A stretch of 64,000 bases of DNA from Lytechinus pictus (Eukaryota), in the NCBI RefSeq assembly GCF_037042905.1, contig NC_087245.1:12898001-12962000 (forward strand). The letters run 5' to 3'. The notes beneath the pieces are model-generated. The model was not told the origin of the DNA and ran no database searches. It saw nothing but the letters and a program-made list of their open reading frames with translations. Made by a program: the position numbers and the translations under genes. Positions 37,199-50,837 of this stretch are shown piece by piece. Numbering within the stretch: the stretch's first letter is position 1; every line of letters starts with the position of its first letter.

Positions 37199-39596
37199 CA
37201 TGGGCGGAAATCCCAGGGGGACAGGGGGGACGTGTCCCCCCTACTCAAAATAGTAGGGGGGACACAATATTAAATGTCCCCCTACTATTTTTTGTATTTT
37301 ATGATGGTAAGAAATTTATCATTCTAAATCGAAATAAAACATGTATTTTGGGACGAGTTGGGACGAGATGACCGTACTTTTGGGATGATAACCTTTTTTT
37401 TTTTGCTAGTGAAATGTTCCCTCCCCTTGTCCCCATATAGGCGGATCCAGGGGGCCGAGGCCCCCCCCCCCCCTCTATTGGCGGAGCAAAAAAAAGAAAA
37501 AAAGGGAAAGAAAGAAGGAAAAAGGAAAAAAGGAGGGAAAAGAGAGGAGAAAAAGAAAAGAAGGACGACGAGTGCATAAAATAAGATGAGGGGAAGACTT
37601 GGAAAATAAAAATAATCTTTCGTGCCACTATATAAAATTTTCGCTCGCGCTTCGCGCTCGCATTGCCTGTTAGGTGATATACATATCTTGTTCAATATGG
37701 AGCTCAAATATCAAGTTTGGAAGTCAATATACAAAACATATTTCACCTCGGAAATCGAACTTTCATTATTTTGTGTGATTTACAAATTGATTTTTAAAAA
37801 GTGCTCTTTAAAAATGTCAGTTTTATGGTCTGAATAATTTTATCAACATTTGCTGCTTGCGCTGCGTGCTCGCAAATTTTGATTTATCAGGTACCTATTA
37901 TTTTCGTGTATTCCATAAAGTTTTCAAAATATCCCTTTTCAGGTCTGATTGTCAAGACGTATCAGCTAGCGCTGCACGCTGGCATTTTGATTGGCGAGTT
38001 ATGTATGTTTAAATATTGATTATACAACAAACTACTTAAAATCCCCTTTTCATGACAGTTTATCAAAAATTTTAGCTCGCGATTTGCGCTCGCATTAATG
38101 GTTAAAAATATATTAACTGATACATCCTATTCATAATTACAAAATGAAATGTCCAGTTTTTATGCCATAATTTCATCAGATTTCGCGCCCTCATTAGGCA
38201 TTAATAAATATGATATTAAAATTAAATTGTCCCTTTAGTTTCATCTCGCGCTTAGCAAGAGGAATAGGAAGATAGTCATCATTTTCATGACATGTCGTAA
38301 GGATGTCCCAGTCCTATGTCAAAACTCAAAGTAATAATAATTAAAATTTTAGCTCTTTTTTTAAGTGCGATCCATATCCATCTTACAATTTTCATGCAAA
38401 GTGCTTGAAATATAAAGCTGTAATCGACTTTTTTTCAGATCGGAATATCAAAGTTTCATGATTTTCATGATTAAAGATGTATTTAGAATGCCTAGATTCT
38501 AGGTCTAAATATGAAACACTCGCGCGCATGTTTATTCAAATACTCAACTTGTTTCAGACCAAAATATCAACATTTTTCTGCTCGCGCTTTGTGCTCGCAT
38601 TATTAATGTAGGAAGACCCCCTATTACTCATCCTTTTCATGATTTACAAAACATTGATTTTGATTGATTCATTTTATTTAAACACGGTAAAAAGCCCTCG
38701 ATCAGCCTATGGCTGTTTACAAAACATGAACAGAGTGGCCCATTTTTAGGTCTAAATCTCGAAAAAAATTCTGCTCGCGCTTCGCGCTCGCATCAATTGT
38801 TGAATTATATAGCTATCCTGTTCACGATTACAAAAGTTGATTAAAATTGTCCATTCTTTCTTTAGATATTTTCAAAGATTTTCAGCTCGCGCTTTGCGCT
38901 CGCATTTTTTGATTGTTGAAATATTTAATGCCTTCATGGCTAAGTGCAAGCAGTCCTTAACAGGTACCTTTTCAACAGGTACCAGTTCAAAACGTATATA
39001 AAAATTTCTGCTCGCGCTTTGTGCTCGCATTATCATCAATGCTCATCCTTTTCATGATTTACAAAACATGAATAGAGTGTCTCGTTCAGTAAATATTATA
39101 GGACTAAATCTCGAAATTACCTATTCTGCTTGAGTTACAAAAAGTGCTTAGAATTTCCATTCTTTAGGTGAAAATGTCAAAAAAAATTGTTAAAAGCTAA
39201 CTGCACGCAGTCTTTAACAGGTATCTTTTCCATCAGTTCATTTCTACTCGCGCTTTGCGTTCGTAGTAATTATTAAGTTGCATACACATTTTTTTCAGGA
39301 TAACAAACATTGCCCAGAATGTTCAAATTTTAGGAAAAAATACATAAAATTTCCAAAAAATTAGCTCGCGCTCGCATCATATAAATAAGGATTATGATAT
39401 TATATATGAATTTATAAGAATAAAGCTAAGAAGTGACTAATGAGGACTACCCCTTTACAGAAACAAACACAAATCATCTTCGAGCTGCCGATCGGGGAAA
39501 AAATGGCTGAAACAAATTTCCGCCCCCCTCCCTATTGGCGAAGGCTGGATCCGCCCCTGTGTCCCCCCTACCTTTTGGGAGAGATTTCCGCCCCTG
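37199..39596. mobile_element. hAT-type MITE (TSD CTAGTAGC) inflated by a nested 2.1-kb element
   Basis: TIR CATGGGCGGAAATC / GATTTCCGCCCCTG. An uninterrupted relative lies at 59341-59595. Confidence 0.8.
37436..39559 (+). mobile_element. 2.1-kb non-autonomous hAT-like element (GGCGGATCCAG TIR family)
   Basis: TATAGGCGGATCCAG / CTGGATCCGCCCCTG; flanks TGTCCCCA / TGTCCCCC; many GCTCGCGCTTCGCGCTCGCA motifs. Confidence 0.85.
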
Positions 39597-39603
39597 CTAG
39601 TAG

Positions 39604-42230
39604 CAGGGGCGGATCCAGCCTTCACCAATAAGGGGGGGGGGGAGGAGGGACCGGAATTTTTTCAGCTACATTTTCCCCCCGATCGGCCGCTCGAAGTTGA
39701 TTTTTGTTTGTTTGGAGGGGTAGTCCTAATAATCACTTCTTTATTAAGCTTTATTCTTATAAATAAAAATAAATATAAAAGTAATCTAATTATCCTTAAT
39801 TATTTTTTTTTGCTATTCTGTGTACTTTGTCCTAAAATTTAAACTTTCTTGGCAATGTTTGTGATCCTAAACGAGATGTGTATCCATTACTGAATATACT
39901 GCGAGCGCGAAGTGCGAGCAGAAATTTTCAATATATGTTTTGATCTGATCAAAAAGGGATCTGTTAACGGCTGCTTGCAGTTAGCCATGAGCGCGAGCTG
40001 AAAATTTTGACATTTCTACCTGAAGAATTTAAATTTTAAGCACTTTTTGTAATCGTGAAAAAGATAAGTATAAACAATTGATGCGAACACAAAGCGCGAG
40101 CGGAAAAATTCAAGATTTACACCTTAAAAATTGGACACTCTATTCATGTTATGTAAATCATGAAAAGGATGAGTAATTGGAAATCTTCCTATATTAATAA
40201 TGCGAGCGCAAATCATGAAAAGGATGAGTAATTGGAAATCTTCCTATAATAATAATGCGAGCGCAAATCATGAAAAGGATGAGTAATTGGAAATCTTCCT
40301 ATATTAATAATGCGAGCGCAAAGCGCGAGCAGAAAAAGTTTTATATTGTGATCTGAAACTGGATGATGATTTAAATATAGAACAAGCTACGCATCTGAAT
40401 AAACATGCGCGCGCGTGTTTCAGATTTCGATCTAGAATCTGGGCATTCTAAATACCTTTTTTATCGTAAAAATCAATAAAGCGAGCGCGAAGCGCAAGCT
40501 TAAAATATTTGGTATTCCGATCTGAAAATTTAAGCTCTGTATTTTAAGCACTCTGTAGGGAAATCGTGAGGTTGATATGGATCACAGTTAAAAAGAGCTG
40601 TTAAAAAGAGCTGATATGTTTCATTATTATTACTTTGAGTTTTATGTCATCATATAAAAATGATGTCTATCTTCCTATTTCTCTTCCTAAGCGCGAGTTA
40701 AAACTTGTCGACATTCAATTCTGAAAAAGGGACAATTTGATCACTAAATTAATCTATAAATCTGATAAGCCTAATGAGAGCACGAAATCTGTTAATATTA
40801 TGGCCTGTTTAACTGGACATTTAACGCACTACTGTAATTATGAATAAGATGCATGAGTTAATATATTTTTAACAATCAATGCGAGCGCAAATCGCGAGCC
40901 GAAATATTTGATAAACTGTCATGAAATGAGAATTTTAAGTAGTTTGTTATAGCATTAGTATTGAAATATACATAACGCACTAATCAAAATGCGAGCGTAC
41001 AGCGCTAGCTAGTATGTTTTGACAATCTGACCCGAAGCTACCTGCAGTGACGTATCGTGGGTCACGGCATTGGGGGGGGGGGCACCAGCAAAAAAATTGA
41101 GTCACTTAGTGAGCGCGCGAAGCGCGTTCAGTTGCCAGGTATACTGACGTAATAGAGACATTTTAAGGACAGTGCCATTAAACAAATATGTATCTCACTG
41201 GTCACATAATGTGCGCGAAGCGCTAGCTGATTTTTTTTTTATATTCAGACCTGAAAAGGGACATTCTAAGCTATTTTTTGTAATCATGATACGTACCTGT
41301 CTCCCTAAACAAACAATGCGAGCGCGAGCTGACATTTTTGTACATAGTAACCCCAAACAGGGACATTTTAAGGTCTATATTTTAGGAGTCCATTAAGAGT
41401 ATACATATCTCACCATAGTCATCTAATGCGAGTGCCAAGCGCTTGCTGATTTTGTTATAATTGTAAACACATGAAGCACTTATAGGCATTGTAATCATGA
41501 TTATCATACGCATCTCACTAATCAAATATTGCGAGCGCGAAGTGCGAGCTGAAAATTAAGGAAATTCAGACCAGAATTTTAGGGCTTTTGTAGGAATTTA
41601 CAAAGACCATGCGTATTGCGCTAACCAAAATGATGCAAGCGCGAAGCACAAGCTGAAAATTTTTGATATGCAGATCAGAACAAGTGACATTGTAAGGACT
41701 GATTTTAGGAATTCATGAAGAGCAGACATATCTCACCAATCACCTAATGCGAACGTAAGCACGAACTGAAAATGTTTTATATCAAGTGCGAGGAAATATA
41801 TTTGGTGTATATTTACTTGAAAACGGGAGGTTTTAGTACAACAGGATTATATATCTCGTTAAACAGACAATGCGAGCGCCGGGAACAATGAGGACATAGG
41901 CACTGAGCAAATTATGTTTCATAAAGTTATGATTTTTTTAAATGTAACATATAACATGACATAATTTTAATAAAATATAACATTATAATGAACAATAATT
42001 TCTTCTTTCCCACTACGTTTCTCTGCCTTTCTCCCTCGATCTTTTTATCCTTTTCTCCTTTTCCCCGTTTTTTTTTTTTTAGTTACGCCACTGGGTACCT
42101 GACAAATCAAATTTGCGAGCGCGCAGAGCGAGCAAAAAATTGTTAATATTCAGACCATAAAACATAAATTTTTGCAGAGCACTTTTTGAAAATCAATTTG
42201 TAAATAAAACAAAGTAATGAAAGCTTGAAA
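39604..42230 (-). mobile_element. Inverted, truncated copy of the 2.1-kb family
   Basis: Starts CAGGGGCGGATCCAGCC and is reverse-complement colinear with about 37770-39559; interrupted by 41045-42093. Confidence 0.8.
41045..42093. mobile_element. Nested hAT-like element
   Basis: CAGTGACGTA / TACGCCACTG termini; flanks GCTACCTG / GGTACCTG; partial copy at about 31545-31888. Confidence 0.8.
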
Positions 42231-42386
42231 CGTTTTATAAAAATAGAGAAAGAAATGATACAATTATGCCTACCTTGGTCACATCAGATTTGATTGTAAA
42301 AATTTTATCCACATTAAATTTCGTTAACTCGATCAAGTCGCCAAACAGAGTAGAAGACTGGTATATTCAGGAAGGAAATAGTCGGA

Positions 42387-44467
42387 CAATAGGCGGATCC
42401 AGGGGGGGGGGGGCGAGGGGCCCGCCCCCTCCTATGACTGTGGAGCGTTGTTGCCCAGTGGATTAGTCTTCTAACTTTGAAACAGAGGGTCGTGGGTTCG
42501 AATCCCAGCCATGGCGTAATTTCCTTCAGCAAGAAACTCATCCACATTGTGCTGCACTCAACCCAGGTGAGGTTAATGGGTACCCGGTAGGAAGAAATTC
42601 CTTGAATGCTTGAGCGCCTAGGCAGCTCAGCTAAAGCCGGGGTAATAATAATAGCAGGGCCCGCTGGTAGAACAGTTTTCGAAACTGAAGTGGCTTCCCT
42701 GGGTAATTATACGTATATTATTATTATTATTGGCGGAGCAAAAAAAAAAGAAAAAAGGAAAGTAAGGAAAAAAAGGAAGGAAAAGAGAGGAGAAAAAAGA
42801 GGAGGAAGACGAGTGAACAAAATAAGATGAGAGGAAGACTTGGAAAAAAAAAATCTTTCATGTCACTATATAAAATTTTCGCTCGCGCTTTGCGCTCGCA
42901 TTGCCTGTTAGGTGATTCACATATCTTGTTCAAAATGGAGCTTAAATATCAAGTTTGGAAGTCAATATAGAAAACATATTTCTCCTCGTAAACCGAACTT
43001 TCATTATTTTGTGTGATTTACAAAATGATTTTTTTAAAGTGCTCTGTAAAAATGTCAGTTTTATGGTCTGAATGTTAACATTTTCTGCTCGCGCTGCACG
43101 CTCGCGAATTTTGATTTATCAGGTACCTATTATTTTCATGTATAAAGTTTTCAAAATATCCTTTTCAGGTCTGATTGTCAAAACGTATCAGCTAGCGCTG
43201 CCATGCTTGCATTTTGAGTGGCGGGTTATGTATGTCTCAATATTGATTATAATCCCCTTTTCATGACAGTTTATAAATAAAATTCGGCTCGCGATTTGCG
43301 CTCGCATTAATGGTTAAAAATACATCAACTGATTACTGATGCATCATATTCATAATAATAAAAGTGCTTGAAATGTATAGTGTTCAGGCCATAATATCTT
43401 CAGATTCCACGCCCTCATTGTGCATTAATGAATAGGATATCAATTTCATAATGAAATTTATTGTCCCTTTTGTTTAAACTCGCGCTTAGCAAGAGGAATA
43501 GGAAGATAGTCATCATATTCATAATTATGATAACATGTCCTAAGGATGTCCCGGTCCTATGTCTCAAAGTAATAATAATGAAAAATATCAGCTCTTTATT
43601 AAGTGCGATTTATATCCACAATTTTCCTACAAAGTGCTTAAAATATATAGCTGAAATTGACCCCTTTTTCAGATCGGAATATCAAATATTTTCATGATAA
43701 ATGATGTATTTAGAATGTTTAGATTCTAGGTCTAAATCTGGAACACTCGCGCGCGCGCATGTTCATTCAGTTATCCAGTTTCAGATCACAATATCAAAAA
43801 TTTTCTGCTCGCCATTTGCGCTCAAATTATTAATGTCGGAAGATCCCCTCTTTCTCATCCTTTTCATGATTTACAAAACATGAATAGAGTATCCCGTTAT
43901 AGGTCTAAATCTAGATTTTTTCTGCTCGCGCTCGCATCAATTATTGTTTAGTTATATAGCTATCCTGTTCACGATTACAAAAATTTATTAAAATTTTTTA
44001 TTCTTTATGTAGAAATGTCAAATTGTTTAAGCTTGCGCTTCGCGCTCGCATTATTTGATTGTTGAAATATGTAACGTCTTCACGGCTAACTGCAAGCAGC
44101 CTTCAACAGGTAGGCCTACCTTTTCGATCAGTTCAAAACGTGTATCAACATTTTCTGCTCGCGCTTTATCGCGTTGCAGGCACATCTTTTTCAGGATAAA
44201 AACTTTGTCAAGAATGTTCAAATTTTATGAAAAAAATACATACTATTTCCAAAAAAAAAATTGCGCTTTGCGCTCGCATGATAAAATAAGGATTATGATA
44301 TTACATGTTTATGTTGATTTATAGAATAAAGCTAAAAAGAGACTTATAGGACTATCCCCTTCAAAGAAACAAACAAAAATTCATCTTCGAGCGGCCGATC
44401 GGGGAAAATATGGCTGAAAAAAATCTGGGCCCCATCCCCCTATAGGCGAAGGCTGGATCCGCCCCTG
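42387..44467 (+). mobile_element. Third copy of the 2.1-kb family, with SINE insertion
   Basis: Same TIRs as, and colinear with, 37436-39559. Confidence 0.85.
42436..42730 (+). mobile_element. tRNA-derived SINE with (ATT)n tail
   Basis: A-box TTGCCCAGTGG, B-box GGTTCGAATCC, central CAACCCAGGTG...AATGGGTACC segment and TATTATT tail. Absent at the paralogous site near 37476. Confidence 0.85.
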
Positions 44468-45265
44468 TAGTCCCTATTCCTTCCCGCGAATGGCGTTGAA
44501 GCTCTGAATTTTAGAAATTTCTGCGAAACTTTAACCTATTTCTTAGAGTATATATAACTCGATTAAGAAGAAAAACGAGCTCAAAATTTGAAAGGGAAGA
44601 TGCAAGCTAGAAGGACTTTTCTTTCCCATGCTCACGAAGCCCGGAAACCTCTGTGATTTATTTTGGAATAAAAAAAATGTATAATTTCGCTCATATCAAG
44701 CTCTTCCTTTTGTTTGATTAAGAAAGTTCACTGATGTTCAAAATTTCAAATCAATGGCGCAAAACAAGACAGGAGATGGATGTGCAGCGATATAGAATAA
44801 AATTTAATATCGTACATACTTTTGCATATAGCACTGCACGAATTTATTGCCTCCCCTTTGACTTTGCCAAAAATTACTTGCTAAAAAGCGGAAGAAATAG
44901 CATTTAGGGACTCGGGGAGTGACGGTAATGTTTACTCGCTCCGAACAGAAGAGTCAATTTTGTGTCGATATATGCAATAAAAAAAAACTTTTTATACTCG
45001 TTACACCCATGTATACTTTATAATTTCTAGCAAGAATATATGATTTCCACTGCCGGGAAGGTGAAGAATGGAATAGAAAAAAGGTGTGGGAAACAAAAGG
45101 ATCGAATAGCAATTTTGATATTTTACCCGCGCGGAGCGCGGAAGCAAAATTTTGTATGAAAAGAGAAAAACGTCTCGTTTATGTTTTTATTTTTTTTTCA
45201 TACATGTCATCATGGAGCATTTTGACCCATTTTTTGGTGACAAAGCAAAAATATTAGGATCGGTC

Positions 45266-45831
45266 CCCGGGGGGGCCACTTCCATTGACGAGTGGATACC
45301 ATGCGCGACCACGGGGTCTCGAAAAGCACCCTAAACACGTATTTTCCATGTTCTGAAAATGCACCCCTTAACAAGTATTGGCGTCTGAAACCCTACCCTT
45401 AACAAGTATTGGAAACAAAACTATACTCTTGGCAAGTATTCCCTGAAATGAATCCCTAAACAAGTATACAGCGATATTTTATAGTTGTGTCACGGGTCCG
45501 TCGGTTTTACTAATTTTTACACACCATTTGGTTTAGTAAGGCCCCACCTTCCTCACCTCGCGCAAATCGGGACTCTAAATACGTAGTGTTGGGGCAAAAA
45601 GGACATCCTTTATACAACATTTTAATTTTATTTTATCATCCCCGCAAATTTGACCCTATAAACACGTAGCTTTCCTAGCGAAATAGATACCCTTTTTTCA
45701 TTATATTTGTGTTTTTGACACCCTTATCACGTTACGTACGTAACGTGCCCTATCTTGAAAAAGACATCCTTTATACGTGTTTTTTTGGTCGCGCATGGTA
45801 TCCACTCGTCAATGTAAGTGGCCCCCCCGGG
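45266..45831. mobile_element. CCCGGG-terminated MITE, 8-bp TSD GATCGGTC
   Basis: About 45-bp TIRs; perfect TSD at 45258-45265 and 45832-45839; copy at 62225-62759. Confidence 0.9.
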
Positions 45832-46559
45832 GATCGGTCACACGTACGTAAACCTCCTAAAGCATAATTGCTTACATATTTTCTTTCAACTCTATAATTC
45901 CCCTCGTTCCATTTAAAGCAATGTGTTTAATCTCTTAAAGAATGTGTTGACTTCAAAATTTGATATTTTAAGCTCCATCATTGGCGGCGGAAGCCAAAAA
46001 AATTAGGGGGGGGGGTCCACCTGAAATTTTGTGATGGACACAGGTAAAAAATTTGACAAGCAAAAAAAAAAGGTAATCAACCTAAATACGTTAGGGGGGA
46101 CCAGAGACATTTTAGGGGGGTCCACCTGAATTTAGGGGGGACGCAGGAAACAAAATTTGACCCCCCAAAAAATGGTTATCAACAAAAAATTTAGGTGGGT
46201 ACCGTCCCATCCACCTCAAATTTAGGGCTCCATATATTGAACAAGACATGTAAATCACCTGAAAAGAAATGCGAGCGCGAAGCGCGAGTGAAAATTTATA
46301 TAGGCCTAGTGACATATATGAAAGATTTTTTAAATTATAATTTCCAAGTCTTCCCTTCATCTAATTCTATTCACTCGTCTTCCTTCTCTTTTATTTCCCC
46401 TTCTTTTTCTCATTTATTTTCCCTTCTTTTTCTCCTCTATTTTCCCTTCTTTTTCTTTTTTATCTTTCATTCCCCCTTTTTTCTTTTTTTTGCTCCGCCA
46501 ATGGTGCAGGCTCCACTCCACTTCACTACCGTTACTACACTAGCTACGTCTTCGGTCAA

Positions 46560-46708
46560 TTAGTACCGGTACGTACGTACGTGTAGCTACGTAGCTAGCT
46601 AGCGGTATGCGAAGTGGATGATGGATCGAGCCTGCGCCTGTGGCGCTGCACAAACATCACTGCACTTGAGCCAAGTTGAGGTTCCCGATTCCCAACTTCT
46701 CAAGCCAG
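46560..46708 (+). other. Candidate promoter-proximal first exon (5' end unknown)
   Basis: Locally CpG-rich unique sequence with TACG/TAGC palindromic runs, ending at a CAG|gtatat donor. Confidence 0.4.
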
Positions 46709-47173
46709 GTATATAATTTACTAGAGAATTTTATTTCTACGAATTACGATTTAACTAAGTCTAACTAAGTTTAGAGAACTGAGCGTGATTTGTGTTTCAT
46801 TCAACCTTTTTCTTTTGGTTCAAACGTACCGCCTACCGGTACGGTAGGTCTAACATGTCTAACGTTAGATATTATTTAAAACGTGATGACGCAACGTCAG
46901 ATTAAAAAAAGTTCCCTAGATCTATTCTAACTAGGCCTTAGATAAAACTTTAAAAAAGTTAATACTATTATTAGTAGGCTATACCATTGTATATCTGGCC
47001 TCTGGGACGTTCGTGCCCATACCGTAGACCCTGTAAGTAACCTAACATTTTATTTTAGTCCTGTCTCGTACAGGCTTGGCTAATCTTAACCCAGGCCAGG
47101 GAGCTCCCACCCGCGGTAGGCTAATCTGTAATCAGAGTGATGATTGGCCGACCTGTCGTCGGGAGATGTAATA

Positions 47174-47291
47174 ATGGCAATGGCACACAGGATGACCAGA
47201 TTTCACAAAATGAAATATGGGACAATCGACGATGCACGAGCGGATCAACCAAGCCAGGTCTTAATAAAAAATATCAACAAAGAAGGCTATA
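47174..47291 (+). CDS. Candidate coding part of exon 47074-47291, 100-aa orphan protein
   Basis: gtacag acceptor at 47073; ataATGG start context; MAMAHRMTRFHKMKYGTIDDARADQPSQVLIKNINKEGY; A|gtatgt donor (phase 1). Confidence 0.45.
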
Positions 47292-47329
47292 GTATGTTGT
47301 TAGACTTTTACAAAAACTATATAATTAAG

Positions 47330-47850
47330 AAGGGAGAGTGAACAAAAGAAGAGAAAGAAAACAGGAAAGAAAGAAAAAATGAAGGGGAAAATGAAGGAAA
47401 AAATAAAGAAAGGGAAGTTAGAATAAAGGAAAGATTAAAGAATTAATAAAAGAAAGAAAAAAGGTTTCCATCATTCTTTGAAATTAATAAAGAAAGAAGA
47501 AAGAACGAAAGGAAGGGAAGATCAATGAATGACAGAAAAAATAAAGGAGAGAACGGAAAGTAAGGAAAAAAAGGAGGAAGAAAAAAAAGGAAAGGAAAGT
47601 GTTTCCTTCATTCTTTGAAAGAAACAAGATAAACAGGAAGGGAAAGAATTAGAAAGAAAAAAAAGAATGAAGAAAGGATGAAGAGAGGGAGGATAAAATA
47701 ATGGAAGGAGAGAAAGAGAGCAACAAGTAAAAGGAGAGGAAGGGAGAAGGAAGCAAAGAAAAGTTTAAGGAAAGAAAGAATGAAAGAAAAAAAAGAAAGG
47801 AAAGTAAGAGAAAGTTGGGAATGAATAGAGAGAAAGGATCAAGAAAGAAA
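47330..47850 (+). repeat. Purine-rich (GA) low-complexity tract
   Basis: About 500 bp almost entirely A/G on the + strand. Confidence 0.9.
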
Positions 47851-50837
47851 GCTAGGGACTTACCTGGGGTTGGTGGTTAGGTGGGGGGGGGGGGGGCATC
47901 GTATTTTTTATCTTCCTTTTATATTGTCTTTTTTGTTCTCAGATAGATAGATAGATAAATGGTATTTATTGTGATAAAAATTCAATTAGCAGCCAAAGGC
48001 TGAATTACATGAATTTGTACAGAGTAAAATTTCAGTAAACAAACAAGCGAAACAGTAAAAAATAATATATAACAAAGTATACTAATGACGTATGATATTG
48101 GAAAGGAGATACAAAGAGAAAAGTATACAGAGGGAGAAGTAATGTCAAAAGCAGGAATGGGGAAAGGTTAGGAGTAGACTAAATGTATATACCTGTAACA
48201 TAATGAACATTTTAACATAAATATATATTTAACCAATTTTGAATGGATAACAATTACATGTAGATTAGGACTAATGTAGATTAAAGAGTGGATTGTATGA
48301 AATAATACTTCCTTTTTAGAAAAGAAAAAAAAGAAAGCTATTAATTTGGGTGAAAAAAGAAGGAGAAAAACATGTATAAACATTATAAATGAAACAGTAA
48401 TCTGGGTTGGGATTGTTCTCGATATGCTTGATAATGATTCTAAAGAAACACTGTGTTGAAGATAATAATAATAGTTGGAGGAATCGGAGTAATGAATGAA
48501 TTATCTCAAAAGGGATTTAAATTAAAAATAAGAGGACGTGGAAGTAATATGATCTGAACAAAAATATAAATATAAATGTAAAGTGGGTTATAACATTATT
48601 AGCCAGTGATTTTTCGGAAAAGAAAGTTGAATGATTACTGCAGAAATTAATAATTAGAAAAAATTTCAAAAGTCAGTTACAGTTTAAGAGAAGCTACAAA
48701 TAAAACAACAAAGCTATAAAGAAATAGTTCTTCACAGTCCATGGGAGTTTAAAAGTCTTGTAGAACTTTTGGCATTACGAAAATACCCCATTTGAGGCGT
48801 CACCGCAGTTCGGATCGCAAACTGCGGTTTTAGACCCCATTTTTCATTTGAAACTCTCATTTTTCATTTGAACATTTCCAAGCCCCGATAAACCCATCTT
48901 GGCCAATTTTGCAAGAGAAATACGGGCATGATCTCGGCATCTGATCGGAAAATGGAGACCACAGTCGTAATAGCTCAGAAGCTCAGCTACATCATACTCC
49001 AAGCTCAGAGAAAACAGACAAAAAGAAATGGAGATATGGCTCACGAAATAGAGGAATGTAGAATCCAGTTTTGAGAAAAAGTCATTTTCCCTAGAGATTG
49101 CACACGAAATGAGCGAAAATTACATGCATCTATAACTTGCCATTTTTCAGGATGATCCTTTCCTTTGAATGTAGATATAGTCAACACATTACAAAGAGTA
49201 TGTCCTCAGCTACAACATATAAAAAACTGAGTGAAAATTGACCAATATTTACGGAGTAAGAGTCAAATTTGCCTAATTATGATGACGTCATAAGAAGCAA
49301 AATTGAAATTTTGAGATTCGACGCCACTTTGATGACGTCATGATGACATTCAGGGTCAAAGGTGACATGAAATCATATCTCCCATCCATATTCTATTCGA
49401 ATATGAAAAAAAATCGGGGGTCAACGGACTTCCAGAAGAGCTATAATGAATTTTGTATTTATAGGCATGTTTTTGCACATATATTGTCTATGGTTAGTGC
49501 GCGCGCGTGCTGTAATTTTTGATGGAGGCTAATTCCGTTATTACTTGTCCTAGAAGGTTGATCAAGGTATCAAATTAGAATTATATTACCGATGCATTGA
49601 TATGAAAAAAATGGCGATCCTATGTTGTATATTGCTGTTACGCGCGAGAACGTGCGCATAACCATGCACACGCGCAATTTTTTATTCATACTTTGGTCAA
49701 AAAGTGATTTTGAGCATTTTTTAAATTTGACACGCGCGTACCGGCACGTCGTGACCTTTACATGACCTTTGATGACATGAACAGTTGACCCTTGACCTGA
49801 AGTTAAAGTGATGTAAATATGGTTGATTTTTTGATAATTCATAATGAAGATATGATTGATAATGTGATTTTACAAAATGGCGTCTAGATGACGTCCCGAC
49901 AACCTTTGACCTTGAACTTGTTTCATACAGATGACATGATAAGTCCCCATATCTGATGATATTTTGAAGAAAATTGATAATGTAGATTTTGAGATTTTAT
50001 GGTCACAAGAAAAGGGCGGAAAAATAAAAATTAAGAAATAAATAAATAAATAATAAATAAAAAAAAATTTGTACGAAATTAATAGTTGATCTGTCGATTG
50101 ACAGATCACCGAATTAGCATCTATCCACCATCACTGTAGTGAGAACTGTATTTAGTTTCATGCTGAATGCTCTGGAAAAAGCGCTTTATAAATGACAGCA
50201 CAGAATCAGAAATGTGTAGTCCTTGGCTCCAGAAAACGGGTCAGATATGATATCACTCTGGAGAACCATGACTACAATGAGCCTGCCTGCATAATGTTGC
50301 TGCTTTGTCAGAAATAATTGGTATCCATTACACATTGGAAGGAGCCCAGCTAATCATATATACACAACAAAAAAAGTCAAAAAAAAAAAAAAAAAAAAAA
50401 TCAAATCGCTGTAACTTTTGAACGGAATTATTTTGAAATATGATATTTCGTAGGTGGTTTTCTACACTCATTAAGCAACTTCTGGGGAAAATTATGATTG
50501 ATCGGTTGAGTCATGCATGAGTAATTGTATCCCCCGAACAGAGTCAGAGGTCACATGGTAAGGTCAAAGGTCATTTTCAGGTCAACGCTAATTAAAGTCA
50601 CATTTGAAACCGAATTTGCCCCCAATATTCACTTTAATACCCTTTAAAATGATTCTGTGACAATGAAAATACAAATTTTCCCACTTTGATGCGTGCTCAC
50701 TCATCCATAAATAAACAAATCGATTTCAGTTTTGCACAGCATTCTCCCCATAGGTTGATAAACATTACTCCCAAATTACATTGCTAAAGACAGCCTTGAA
50801 AAAAATTTCCACCATATTGAATAAGGGGGTTACCTAT

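Noticed and set aside
37299..37707. Phe/Lys-rich 70-130-aa ORFs here and at 8152-8599, 42606-42933, 46195-46563 and 58217-58429
   Set aside because: Translations of A/G-rich low-complexity segments of non-autonomous transposons.
47941..48790. Possible minus-strand LINE remnant
   Set aside because: A tail-like microsatellite and stem-loop are present, but I could not read a diagnostic protein motif.
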